Below are positions 50,793 through 59,623 of a stretch of 64,000 nucleotides of DNA, piece by piece. The stretch covers positions 304,711 to 368,710 of the IMG/VR virus record IMGVR_UViG_3300015615_000629; one strand, written 5' to 3'. Origin of the DNA: a virus. Lineage: Duplodnaviria; Heunggongvirae; Uroviricota; Caudoviricetes. A program made the position numbers and the translations under genes. The notes under the pieces were generated by a model, which worked only from the letters and a program-made list of their open reading frames with translations, made no database searches and was not told the DNA's origin. Each line of letters opens with the position of its first letter. The first letter of the stretch is position 1.

Positions 50793-52759
50793 AAAATCTA
50801 AAATTTAAATATCTAGCTGCAAAGAACATCTTCTGTTACGGAAACCAAGGTTTAGAACTTAACTTTGAAACCCTTGGAAATATTGTTCTAATTAGTGGAA
50901 GAAATGGTTCTGGTAAGTCATCTATTCCCAATATTTTAGTTTATGCATTATTTGGACGCCCAATTAAGCACCCAAAGAAGCTGGCTCATGCCGATATAAT
51001 TAACAAAAAAACCAAAAAGAATCTTTATGCCGAAGTTCGTTGGGACGATTACAGAGTTGTCAGAACCAGAAAGCCAGAGAGTTTAAGAATCTGGTATAGC
51101 CCAGAAAGCATTTGGAATGATGAAACTGAAATAAGCAAGTCTGGAATTCCGGCTGTTCAAAAGCAAATAGAAGAAATAATTGGATTAAATTATGAAACAT
51201 TTATCAATCTGGTAGTTTTTACCGATTCCAATACAGATTGCTTTCTAGAATGCGATACGCCAACTAAGAGGCAAATTGTGGAGAATTTGCTTGATCTAAG
51301 CAAGTACGTCGAAAGACTCCAAACCGCTAAAGAATCTCGTAAGAAACTCTTAGATGGAATCAAGTCTCTTACCGATTCTTATCAAAGACTGCTGATCGAA
51401 TCTTCTTCTGCTAAGAATCGTGTAACAAAATATCTTCAAGAAGAAGAAACCTGGAAACAACAGAAAAAAGCTGAAATTGCTTCTTTGTTAAGCAGTTTGC
51501 AAGCTAATCAAAATGAATTAAAAAACAGTTCGGTAGGAACTGAGTTGGCGGCTTACCAGGAAGCCCAGGACAAGATTACCGAATTGAACAATTCAATACC
51601 TGATAAGGAGAAGACTTATGAGCAGTTAAGTGAAGAAATCAAAAAATATGAAAATAAGAAACGTTCTGATTTGGTGGAAGTTTCAAATATAGAAATTTCA
51701 AAAAACAAGATAGATTCTGAGATAAGAGATTTTGAGAAGAAGATAAAAGCAAATCAGGATAAGATTTATACAATCAAGAAAACAGCCACTTTAAGTGGAA
51801 CGGTTTGTGAGCGTTGTTTTGGCATTGTTCACGAAGACAATTGTGATTCTTACGAAAAGCAGTTGTTGGTTGAAAACGACGGACATTTAATAGAAATCTC
51901 CAAGAGAAAGCCTGAGTTGGAAGAAATTACGGCTTCTTTGACCAAAAAGAATGCTTTTTTGAAGAAATTGAATGAAGTATTAGGGGCTAAGGAATCGGAA
52001 CGCAACAAGGTTTCTAGCGAAATTACGAGTATTAGGAGCAAAATTACGGAGTTGTCTCGAATTAAGCGTCCGGAAGTAGGAACAAGAGAGCAATTATTAG
52101 AACAAAAGATTGAGAGTTTGAAACAGCAAGCCAGGACAAAAAAGGCGGAATTAGATGGACCGAGTCCATTTGTTGACATTATTAAGGGAGCAGAAGCGGA
52201 GGTTCTTGTTAAGGAGCAAGAATGTATAGAAGGGAAGAAAGAGATTGATGTTTTGGAGAAAGATATTCCTTATTACGACTTCTGGACTAAGGGGTTTGGT
52301 GACGGCGGGATTAGAAAGCTAATAATTGATGGTATTATTCCTGCTTTGAACGAAAGGATTAATTACTGGATACAGTTTCTTATGGATGGGAGTTTTCAGA
52401 TGTCGTTTGATAATGAGTTTGTAGAGACAATTCATAGGGTTCCGAACGATTCTGACCCATATGTTTATCATGGAATGGCAGGAGGGGAGAAAAGAAGGTT
52501 AAATCTGACAATATCTCCATCTTTTGCTCATATTATGATGCTTAGTAGTGGGATTTCTCCGTCTGTTTTATTTCTGGATGAAGTTGCTAGTAATGTCGAA
52601 CAAGATTCAATGGGCAACATATTTGAGATGATAGTGCAGTTATCTAGGGATAAGCAGGTATTTGTGACGACACACGATCCTGGATTAAGGAAATATTTAG
52701 AAAGTTATCAAAGAATTGACCTTGAAAATATAGACGGATTTACTACCTTTAGTAACTAA
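50789..52759 (+). CDS. Rad50/SbcC/gp46-like ATPase
   Basis: GRNGSGKS, coiled coils with a CERC zinc hook, MAGGEK signature, LFLDE, TTH. Confidence 0.93.
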   Translation: MKNLKFKYLAAKNIFCYGNQGLELNFETLGNIVLISGRNGSGKSSIPNILVYALFGRPIKHPKKLAHADIINKKTKKNLYAEVRWDDYRVVRTRKPESLRIWYSPESIWNDETEISKSGIPAVQKQIEEIIGLNYETFINLVVFTDSNTDCFLECDTPTKRQIVENLLDLSKYVERLQTAKESRKKLLDGIKSLTDSYQRLLIESSSAKNRVTKYLQEEETWKQQKKAEIASLLSSLQANQNELKNSSVGTELAAYQEAQDKITELNNSIPDKEKTYEQLSEEIKKYENKKRSDLVEVSNIEISKNKIDSEIRDFEKKIKANQDKIYTIKKTATLSGTVCERCFGIVHEDNCDSYEKQLLVENDGHLIEISKRKPELEEITASLTKKNAFLKKLNEVLGAKESERNKVSSEITSIRSKITELSRIKRPEVGTREQLLEQKIESLKQQARTKKAELDGPSPFVDIIKGAEAEVLVKEQECIEGKKEIDVLEKDIPYYDFWTKGFGDGGIRKLIIDGIIPALNERINYWIQFLMDGSFQMSFDNEFVETIHRVPNDSDPYVYHGMAGGEKRRLNLTISPSFAHIMMLSSGISPSVLFLDEVASNVEQDSMGNIFEMIVQLSRDKQVFVTTHDPGLRKYLESYQRIDLENIDGFTTFSN

Positions 52760-52773
52760 CCATTGAGGATTAT

Positions 52774-53277
52774 ATGTCTGTTATAGAATTGAAAACTGAT
52801 AAGGATTACTTGACTTACGCTTACAAATTGGCGAAAGGGAGTCCCGACCCATCGACTCAAAACGGAGCGGTTATTATCAAGGATGGGAAGATTCTGGGTA
52901 AAGGATGTAACACTTTTCCTATGGGAATTGCTAACTTTCCGGAAAGACTTACTAAACCAGATAAATACAAATTTCTAGAGCATGCGGAAAGAAAAGCTAT
53001 TTATTACGCCGCCAGAGAAGGTAATAAATTGCTTGGTTCTACGATGTATTGTCCGTTTTTTGCCTGTGTTGAGTGCGGGCGTGCGATTATTGAATCTGGC
53101 ATCAAATATGTAATTGGACATAAGATTCCAAGTGCTTTGGCGGAACATCCGGACTGGGCAGATTCTATCCGCTTTGCACTAGAAAGATTCGACGAAGCAG
53201 GCATCAAATACAGCTATTTGGAAGGTAGACTTGGAGATATTCAAGTTTTACGCAATGGCCAGATATTAGAGCCGTAG
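52774..53277 (+). CDS. dCMP deaminase
   Basis: SPDPSTQNGA, HAE and CVEC..AII motifs. Confidence 0.9.
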   Translation: MSVIELKTDKDYLTYAYKLAKGSPDPSTQNGAVIIKDGKILGKGCNTFPMGIANFPERLTKPDKYKFLEHAERKAIYYAAREGNKLLGSTMYCPFFACVECGRAIIESGIKYVIGHKIPSALAEHPDWADSIRFALERFDEAGIKYSYLEGRLGDIQVLRNGQILEP

Positions 53278-53433
53278 TGGCAGCCGGATTATTTGAATTT
53301 TAGGTTATTATTTTTCTATTTCAATTGCCACAAGTCATTGTATTCAAGTGACTTAAAAAGATACGAAAATTTATTGGATATTTTCGTATTGTTAACTTTA
53401 GATAAAACCAGCTTTAGATTTTAAAAGAGACTA

Positions 53434-55875
53434 ATGACATATTCTTATAATGAAGCTTTTCAGGCTTCGGTTGATTATTTTTCTGGCGATGAGTTGGCGG
53501 CGAAGGTTTTTGTAGACAAGTATGCGTTAAGGAATGAGGAACAAGAGTTTCTTGAATTAACTCCTACTGATATGCATTGGCGAATTGCCAAGGAACTTCA
53601 TAGAATTGAAGAAAAGAAGTTCAAAAAACCTTTATCTTTAGATGAAATCTTCTCCTATTTGGATAGATTTAAGCGATTGGTCCCTCAAGGTGGGCCAATG
53701 TCTGGCATTGGTAATCCGTACCAATGCATGACCTTGTCGAATTGCTATGTAATTGGTACGGATCCTGCTTGTGATAGTTATGGTGGAATTTGCCGTGTTG
53801 ATGAGCAATTGGTTCAAATTAGTAAAAGACGCGGCGGTGTTGGTTTAGATATTTCTCATATTCGTCCAGCAGGTTCTGCGACGAAGAATGCGGCTAGAAC
53901 AAGTACGGGTATTGTTCCTTTTATGGAACGATATTCGAATTCCATAAGAGAAGTAGGGCAAAGTGGTCGCAGGGGTGCTCTTCTCATCTCGTTAAGCGTA
54001 CATCATCCCGAAGTTATTGATTTCGCTACAGTTAAGCATGATTTGACGAAGGTAACTGGAGCAAATATATCAATTAAATTAACTGATGAATTCCTAAATG
54101 CAGTTGAAAATGATGAAGAATATGAACAACGCTGGCCAGTGGATTCATCGGAGCCCAAAATCAGCAAGAAGGTAAGAGCAAGAGATGTTTGGGACAAGAT
54201 AATAGCATCAGCAAGAAATATGGCCGAACCCGGCCTTCTTTTTTGGGATAATATCATCCGAGAAAGCCCTGCTGATTCTTATGCTAAGTTTGGCTTTAGA
54301 ACCATCAGTACCAATCCATGCTCGGAATTAACACTCTCAATTTTGGACTCCTGTCGCTTATTTTTGGCTAATTTGTTTGGTTATGTCATCCATCCTTTTA
54401 CAAAAGATGCTTATTTCGATTTTGATCTTTTCTACAAAGAAGCCCAAATTCTTCAACGTTTTATGGATGACATGATTGATTTGGAGATTGAATGCATTGA
54501 TAAAATCATTAAGAAGATTAAAACAGACCCAGAACCAGATGATGTTAAGAGAAGTGAACTAGATTTATGGAAACAAATTAGAAAGGCTTGTACAGACGGC
54601 CGCCGAACAGGATCGGGCATTACCGCTCTTGCGGATACTATGGCTGCATGTGGTATTAAATACGGCTCAGATGAGAGTATTGAATTCACTGGAAAGGTAT
54701 ACAAAACGCTTAAACTAGGCTGTTATCGTTCTAGTGTCGATATGGCTAAGGAATTAGGAGCGTTTCCTGTTTGGGATTACGAATTGGAAAAAGATTGTGC
54801 CTTCTTGAAAAGGATTGAAGAAGAAGACCCACAACTATACAAAGACATGAAAAAGTATGGGCGTAGAAATATTGCCCTTCTAACCACGCCACCCGCTGGC
54901 AGTGTGAGCATTGAAACTCAAACATCTTCCGGTATTGAACCTGTATTTATGTTGTCTTATACTCGCCGTAAGAAAGGTAATCCTAATGACAAGAATGTCA
55001 GAGTGGACTTTGTTGACCAAAACGGCGATTGCTGGCAGGAATTTGAAGTTTATCATCCAAAGTTAAAAATGTGGATGGAAATCACTGGCAAGAAAGACCT
55101 AGAAAAGTCTCCATATTATGGCTGCTGTGCGGAAGAAATAAATTGGGTGCAACGTGTTAAATTACAAGCAGCTGCTCAAAAACACGTAGATCACAGTATT
55201 AGTTCAACAATAAATCTGCCAGAAGATGTTACCACAGAACAAGTTGCAGAAATTTATACAGCGGCTTGGAAAAGCGGTTGTAAGGGAATTACTGTATATC
55301 GTAAAAATTGTCGTACTGGTGTTTTAGTTGATAAGAATTCCTTAAATAAACGGGGTGAAAAGATACAGAAGACTACTGCCCCTAGTCGTCCCAAATTGTT
55401 GCCCGCAGATGTGCATCATATCAAGGTAAAGGGCGAAGAATATTTCGTATTGGTTGGAATGTTGAATCACGAACCTTATGAAATATTTTCTGGCAAGAAT
55501 GGTTTTATTGGCAAGAATGTTACAGGTGGAACGCTTTTAAAGGTAAAACGTGGTCATTACCGTCTTGAGGCAGAAGACGATAATGTTATAATGGACGATA
55601 TCTCTAATTATTGCACTGACGAAGAAGAGGCGTTGACTAGATTGGCTTCTATTTCATTACGACATGGTGCTGATGTTAACTTTATTGTGCATCAATTGGA
55701 AAAGGTAAAAGGGGACATGTATGGTTTTGCCAAGAGCATGGTAAGGGTGCTCAAGAAGTACATTAAGGATGGCGAAAAGGTTGCAGGAGAGAAGTGCGGT
55801 AGTTGCTCTGCTGAGAGTTTGCAACGTCGTGAGGGGTGCGTTATTTGTATGAATTGTGGTTGGTCTAAATGTTAG
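53434..55875 (+). CDS. nrdJ: Class II (adenosylcobalamin-dependent) ribonucleotide reductase
   Basis: LSNCY, TNPCSE, PAGSVS and KGITVYR motifs; C-terminal Cys pairs; no ATP cone and no adjacent beta subunit. Confidence 0.92.
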   Translation: MTYSYNEAFQASVDYFSGDELAAKVFVDKYALRNEEQEFLELTPTDMHWRIAKELHRIEEKKFKKPLSLDEIFSYLDRFKRLVPQGGPMSGIGNPYQCMTLSNCYVIGTDPACDSYGGICRVDEQLVQISKRRGGVGLDISHIRPAGSATKNAARTSTGIVPFMERYSNSIREVGQSGRRGALLISLSVHHPEVIDFATVKHDLTKVTGANISIKLTDEFLNAVENDEEYEQRWPVDSSEPKISKKVRARDVWDKIIASARNMAEPGLLFWDNIIRESPADSYAKFGFRTISTNPCSELTLSILDSCRLFLANLFGYVIHPFTKDAYFDFDLFYKEAQILQRFMDDMIDLEIECIDKIIKKIKTDPEPDDVKRSELDLWKQIRKACTDGRRTGSGITALADTMAACGIKYGSDESIEFTGKVYKTLKLGCYRSSVDMAKELGAFPVWDYELEKDCAFLKRIEEEDPQLYKDMKKYGRRNIALLTTPPAGSVSIETQTSSGIEPVFMLSYTRRKKGNPNDKNVRVDFVDQNGDCWQEFEVYHPKLKMWMEITGKKDLEKSPYYGCCAEEINWVQRVKLQAAAQKHVDHSISSTINLPEDVTTEQVAEIYTAAWKSGCKGITVYRKNCRTGVLVDKNSLNKRGEKIQKTTAPSRPKLLPADVHHIKVKGEEYFVLVGMLNHEPYEIFSGKNGFIGKNVTGGTLLKVKRGHYRLEAEDDNVIMDDISNYCTDEEEALTRLASISLRHGADVNFIVHQLEKVKGDMYGFAKSMVRVLKKYIKDGEKVAGEKCGSCSAESLQRREGCVICMNCGWSKC

Positions 55876-56117
55876 TCCTCTACTTTTTTGAGTAAAGTAT
55901 AATAATTTGGTTTTTCTTTTAGATGAGCAATAGCAATCTTAAGGGTTTTGACTGGATCGGAATGTGTAACATCGGTTTCTTTGTCGTGTTTTCCATGCTC
56001 TAATTCTACCTTATAGCCCATTTGGAGTTGTTTAAGATCATATTTTGAAATATCAATATTTGCTTTTTTAGCTATTTGATGTATGTTGACTGACTCGATC
56101 CAAGTTTTGAATTCCAT
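55872..56117 (-). CDS. DUF5661-like protein with capsid-targeting-like N-terminus
   Basis: MEFKTWIES...QLQMGYKVELEH...KIAIAHLKE.PNYYT.L. Confidence 0.7.
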   Translation of the reverse strand: MEFKTWIESVNIHQIAKKANIDISKYDLKQLQMGYKVELEHGKHDKETDVTHSDPVKTLKIAIAHLKEKPNYYTLLKKVED

Positions 56118-56637
56118 AATAAGGTATATAGAATGAAATGGTATGTTATCGCAAGACAAGCAACTACTATCGATGGAGAAGATTATACTTACCCTCTTCT
56201 AATTTATTCTGAAAAAGAGCGGGCTCAGTTGGCTATGAAAGGGGCAAATACACCAAAAGATAAGGTGGTCTTAATGGAGGTTATGCCTGTTAAGCCTGCT
56301 GCGAAAAAAGTTACCTATCTTCCTGGCCAACTTGAATTTGACTGGACCATATGAAGAAAAATGACGACTTCTGCCCCATCTGTGGCGAATTTATTGAAGT
56401 AATTGCTCCTGCTTGGAACAACTATCCATATTTAGATGATAATAAAAGGTTAAAGGACGGCTCTAAAATATGCCATCCTTGTTACATAATTCCTCGAAAG
56501 TATGATGAAAAACTAGTTTTTTATGATAAGGTTGTTAGACTGGCTACGGTTCAAGAATTAGTTGAGGACGGCGTAGATAGTAAACGGGCTGACAAATGTT
56601 TGAAAGCCGTTAAAAAACTAATAAAGAAATGAGTTAA

Positions 56638-57003
56638 ATGTTATTTAAAGAGTTTGTCTTAAACGAGGATAAAGCCTATTTTGGGGAGAAGGTAGGTGAC
56701 ATATTGAATTCCTTACATGATCTTGTGGAAAATGGCAAGAACATGGGTGGAAGAAGTTTAATTAAAAGTTCTGAAGAAGTTGTTAATCAAATTCGTGGTA
56801 TTTTGCATTCCCACTGGGGAAAGGATGAGCAAAAACATTTGAAAAAGCTACAAAAAGTTGGTGTAGCAATTATGCGAGCGATTGAAGAAAAAGATGATTT
56901 AGCGGAGATTTTGCCTGGATGTGCCGAAGAAGTAGAACAGATTAGCCAGAAAGTAGGCACTCCAATGAATGATTTAGCTGCTCCGGAAAAAAAATCTGAA
57001 TAA
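56638..57003 (+). CDS. Hypothetical protein with capsid-targeting-like N-terminus
   Basis: MLFKEFVLNE. Confidence 0.55.
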   Translation: MLFKEFVLNEDKAYFGEKVGDILNSLHDLVENGKNMGGRSLIKSSEEVVNQIRGILHSHWGKDEQKHLKKLQKVGVAIMRAIEEKDDLAEILPGCAEEVEQISQKVGTPMNDLAAPEKKSE

Positions 57004-57015
57004 CTATTATAGATC

Positions 57016-57564
57016 ATGGACGATTTAGAAGTAGATGATTTATTTGAAGAACCACGTAAAAGAGGCTCTAAGGGCAAACCCAAAGGAAAACGTGGTGAAC
57101 TAGAAGTAGTAAATTTACTCAATTTAAGATTCGAAAATTATCTTAAAGAACGTCCAGATGATGGTAAATTCATGCGAACCATCGGCAGTGGCAATCGGTG
57201 GAGTCACGGGAGTCTATCTAAAGCAGCTAAAGATGTCTTTTCATCGGATATTGTTGCTCCCAAGGCTTTCGTTTTCAGTATTGAAGCTAAAACCGGATAC
57301 AACGACATTGATCTGAATACGGCATTCGATAAATGCAAGCCTTTGGATGATTTCCTAGAACAAGTGAAGGCAGATGCTGCCAGATGTGGTCGGCAGCCAA
57401 TGTTGTTGTGGAAGAAGGACAGAAAATGCCGTTTGGCATTCCTTCTAGAAGAGGATTTGCCACAACATGATTTGTTTAATGTTAAGATGTTTTATAGAGG
57501 CTGGGTAGCGGTGAATTTTGATAGATTATTGGATTTAGGAGATGAGTTCTTTTTCAATGAATAA
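57016..57564 (+). CDS. Holliday junction resolvase-like PD-(D/E)XK nuclease
   Basis: KGKRGELEV...R..GSG...SDI...IEAK...Q. Confidence 0.8.
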   Translation: MDDLEVDDLFEEPRKRGSKGKPKGKRGELEVVNLLNLRFENYLKERPDDGKFMRTIGSGNRWSHGSLSKAAKDVFSSDIVAPKAFVFSIEAKTGYNDIDLNTAFDKCKPLDDFLEQVKADAARCGRQPMLLWKKDRKCRLAFLLEEDLPQHDLFNVKMFYRGWVAVNFDRLLDLGDEFFFNE

Positions 57565-58105
57565 AATCTTCTACTTTAAGTGCTGAAACTTCTTCTTTAC
57601 TTATATCTTTGAATCTGTTTGTATGAATAGCTTGGCTGATTCTTTGATTACGGTCGTGATTGTAGTAGGTGTCAATAATAAGAGGGAGGAAATTTTTAAA
57701 ATCATATTTATCTTGTTGGGAAGTTATTTCCCAATTCTTTAAGTGGTAATTTTCACATGTATAAAACGGTAGTGTCCAATATTGGTCTATACAGGTGATA
57801 GACAAATTCAACATATTTTTATCATAACGGTAATTAGTGTGATCTAAGCAGAACGCTCCCCATTCATTTGTATTTGTCATTGGTGGATAAAATATTAGAT
57901 TATTCTTCCTGAAGATTAAATAAGTTTCAAAATGACCACAAAAGAATAATGGCTTATTCGAAATTGGGCCACTGCGTATCGGAAAAACAAACTCATGCTC
58001 TGGGAAATATAAATATCTTCGCTTGTTTCCAAAGAATAAATTTCTTCCAACTTCTGGAAAGCCAAAAGATAAAACTTTTCTTTTTCTATCTATCTTGATT
58101 TTCAT
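57554..58105 (-). CDS. Prok-E2_D-like paralogue 12
   Basis: PEVGRNL...YFPEHEF...PPMTNTNEWGAFCL...YWTLPF...WE. Confidence 0.6.
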   Translation of the reverse strand: MKIKIDRKRKVLSFGFPEVGRNLFFGNKRRYLYFPEHEFVFPIRSGPISNKPLFFCGHFETYLIFRKNNLIFYPPMTNTNEWGAFCLDHTNYRYDKNMLNLSITCIDQYWTLPFYTCENYHLKNWEITSQQDKYDFKNFLPLIIDTYYNHDRNQRISQAIHTNRFKDISKEEVSALKVEDFIH

Positions 58106-58434
58106 TAGTCAAATTCTTTGCCTAATCGGTCGATATAATCCTTATCTTCCATCAGGGATTTAACTCGTTCTGCCTGCTCATAATCGCCGTCATCGACAAA
58201 TCGTTTATATATTCGTTCTAATTTTTCTACAAAAGGTACTCCACGAGACACCCTACGTACAAATTTGACTACCTCGCCAAGATAGATAATACCTGGCCAG
58301 TGATAGCCTTTTTCTGCATCTTCACGGTTGTCGAAAACAGCCGTGCATCGTACAATCTTTCCTTCTGCGTCGGTGTATTCGACCGCTCCGCAAAATTCGT
58401 CTGCTTCCCATGAATAATATGCGTGATACATAAT

Positions 58435-58728
58435 TCAACTCTCATTGATAGGTATTTCTTCGGTTTTTCGTTCGGCAAGGACTTTTTCTCTTTTCAGAAG
58501 AACTAGAGACTCCCGCCCAGCCCCTTCACAAATATGCATTAGAAACCACCTTATTTCTTTTTCATCTTGTGTGGAAAATTCCACCCATAGATTATTGGTG
58601 TTTCCATATTTCTTTACTAAAATCGCTCCAGGTGGAAGGTATCTATAAAGTGTCTCTGATGGGATTTTGTCTGCGGGAGTGGCACAGCCGCATAAAAACA
58701 ATCCAATTACCAGAAACCACTTCTTCAT
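58435..58728 (-). CDS. Lipoprotein (paralogue of 42075..42377)
   Basis: Lipobox LFLCGC; both share YLP.GA...WV.F...LMH...ES. Confidence 0.65.
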   Translation of the reverse strand: MKKWFLVIGLFLCGCATPADKIPSETLYRYLPPGAILVKKYGNTNNLWVEFSTQDEKEIRWFLMHICEGAGRESLVLLKREKVLAERKTEEIPINES

Positions 58729-59471
58729 TTTATGCCTTTTGCGGCTTGGGAGAGCGGCACCAGAATGTTTTCAGTGAAATTTGTATCAACAAAATTCTGG
58801 CAAATACTCATTAACTTATCGAAGGTATCAACATAAGTTGTTCCATTGTCAAGACAGCCAAAATGACGAATGGACAATAAAATAGCAAATTGATCTTCTT
58901 CTGAGTAATCATCGTTTGCCATTTGTCCAAAGCTGTTTCTGGCTTCGATGGCAATCCTTAATTGGGTTTTTAAATCTTTTTCCAATGCGATAATAAATGA
59001 AGGGGAATTGTAAACAAGTGTTGAATCTTTATAATTAAGGGCTTTCTCGATATTTGATGGCAATCCTAAAGCATCTGCGATGAGTTCGTTCTGGTTGCCT
59101 TGATAGGTGATATCAAAGCCAAATGTTAATTCTAAACCATCGCAATCTAAGGGACTGACAGATAGAGCGTATGGAGCCAATTCAAGAATGGTCTTGTGTT
59201 GTTCCACGGCAGATTCAATGGATTCCGGATTCACGCAGCCCGAATCGAGCATTCTTGGGGTCAACCGTGTCCAGCGATAAGAGTCTTCCCGTTTCGATTC
59301 TTCCAGATTAAAGGATTCACCCTTTTGGAAGAGATTCTTCATTTCTGGATATTTCTTTTTGATCTGCTCGAAATAATGCAATATGGTTTCTCTGTTTTTC
59401 GGTAGCTCTATTTCTGTGGTGAGGCCCATGTTGAAGTAGAAATCATCGCAGTATGCCGAGAAAGGATGCAT
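58725..59471 (-). CDS. Host-like conserved hypothetical protein (Planctomycete-type family)
   Basis: CDDFY.NM.L.TE.ELP..RETILHYFEQ...APYALSVSPLDC, recognised from memory only; GGAGA SD before MHPFS. Confidence 0.6.
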   Translation of the reverse strand: MHPFSAYCDDFYFNMGLTTEIELPKNRETILHYFEQIKKKYPEMKNLFQKGESFNLEESKREDSYRWTRLTPRMLDSGCVNPESIESAVEQHKTILELAPYALSVSPLDCDGLELTFGFDITYQGNQNELIADALGLPSNIEKALNYKDSTLVYNSPSFIIALEKDLKTQLRIAIEARNSFGQMANDDYSEEDQFAILLSIRHFGCLDNGTTYVDTFDKLMSICQNFVDTNFTENILVPLSQAAKGIK

Positions 59472-59494
59472 TGTTGTCTCCAAGAGGTTGGAAT

Positions 59495-59546
59495 AAAAAA
59501 ACCCAAACAAGCTCCATAGTCGTCACCATGAGAAACTTGTTTGGGC
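59495..59546 (-). terminator. Terminator in the 5' leader of 58725..59471
   Basis: CCCAAACAAG...CTTGTTTGGG followed by T7, with an internal hairpin. Confidence 0.75.
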
Positions 59547-59595
59547 TATGCCGCCTGTAACGGCGACACTTTAAGCGGGTTGCGTCATTTCCCTC

Positions 59596-59623
59596 ACTAT
59601 AGCAGAAAAAACCGGTTTTTCAA
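59596..59623 (-). promoter_or_regulatory. Sigma70-like promoter
   Basis: TTGAAA-N16-TATAGT with TGC. Confidence 0.65.

Noticed and set aside
52474-52491. Inactive Rad50 because the signature reads MAGGEK rather than LSGGE
   Set aside because: All other motifs are intact, and a single substitution does not establish loss of function.
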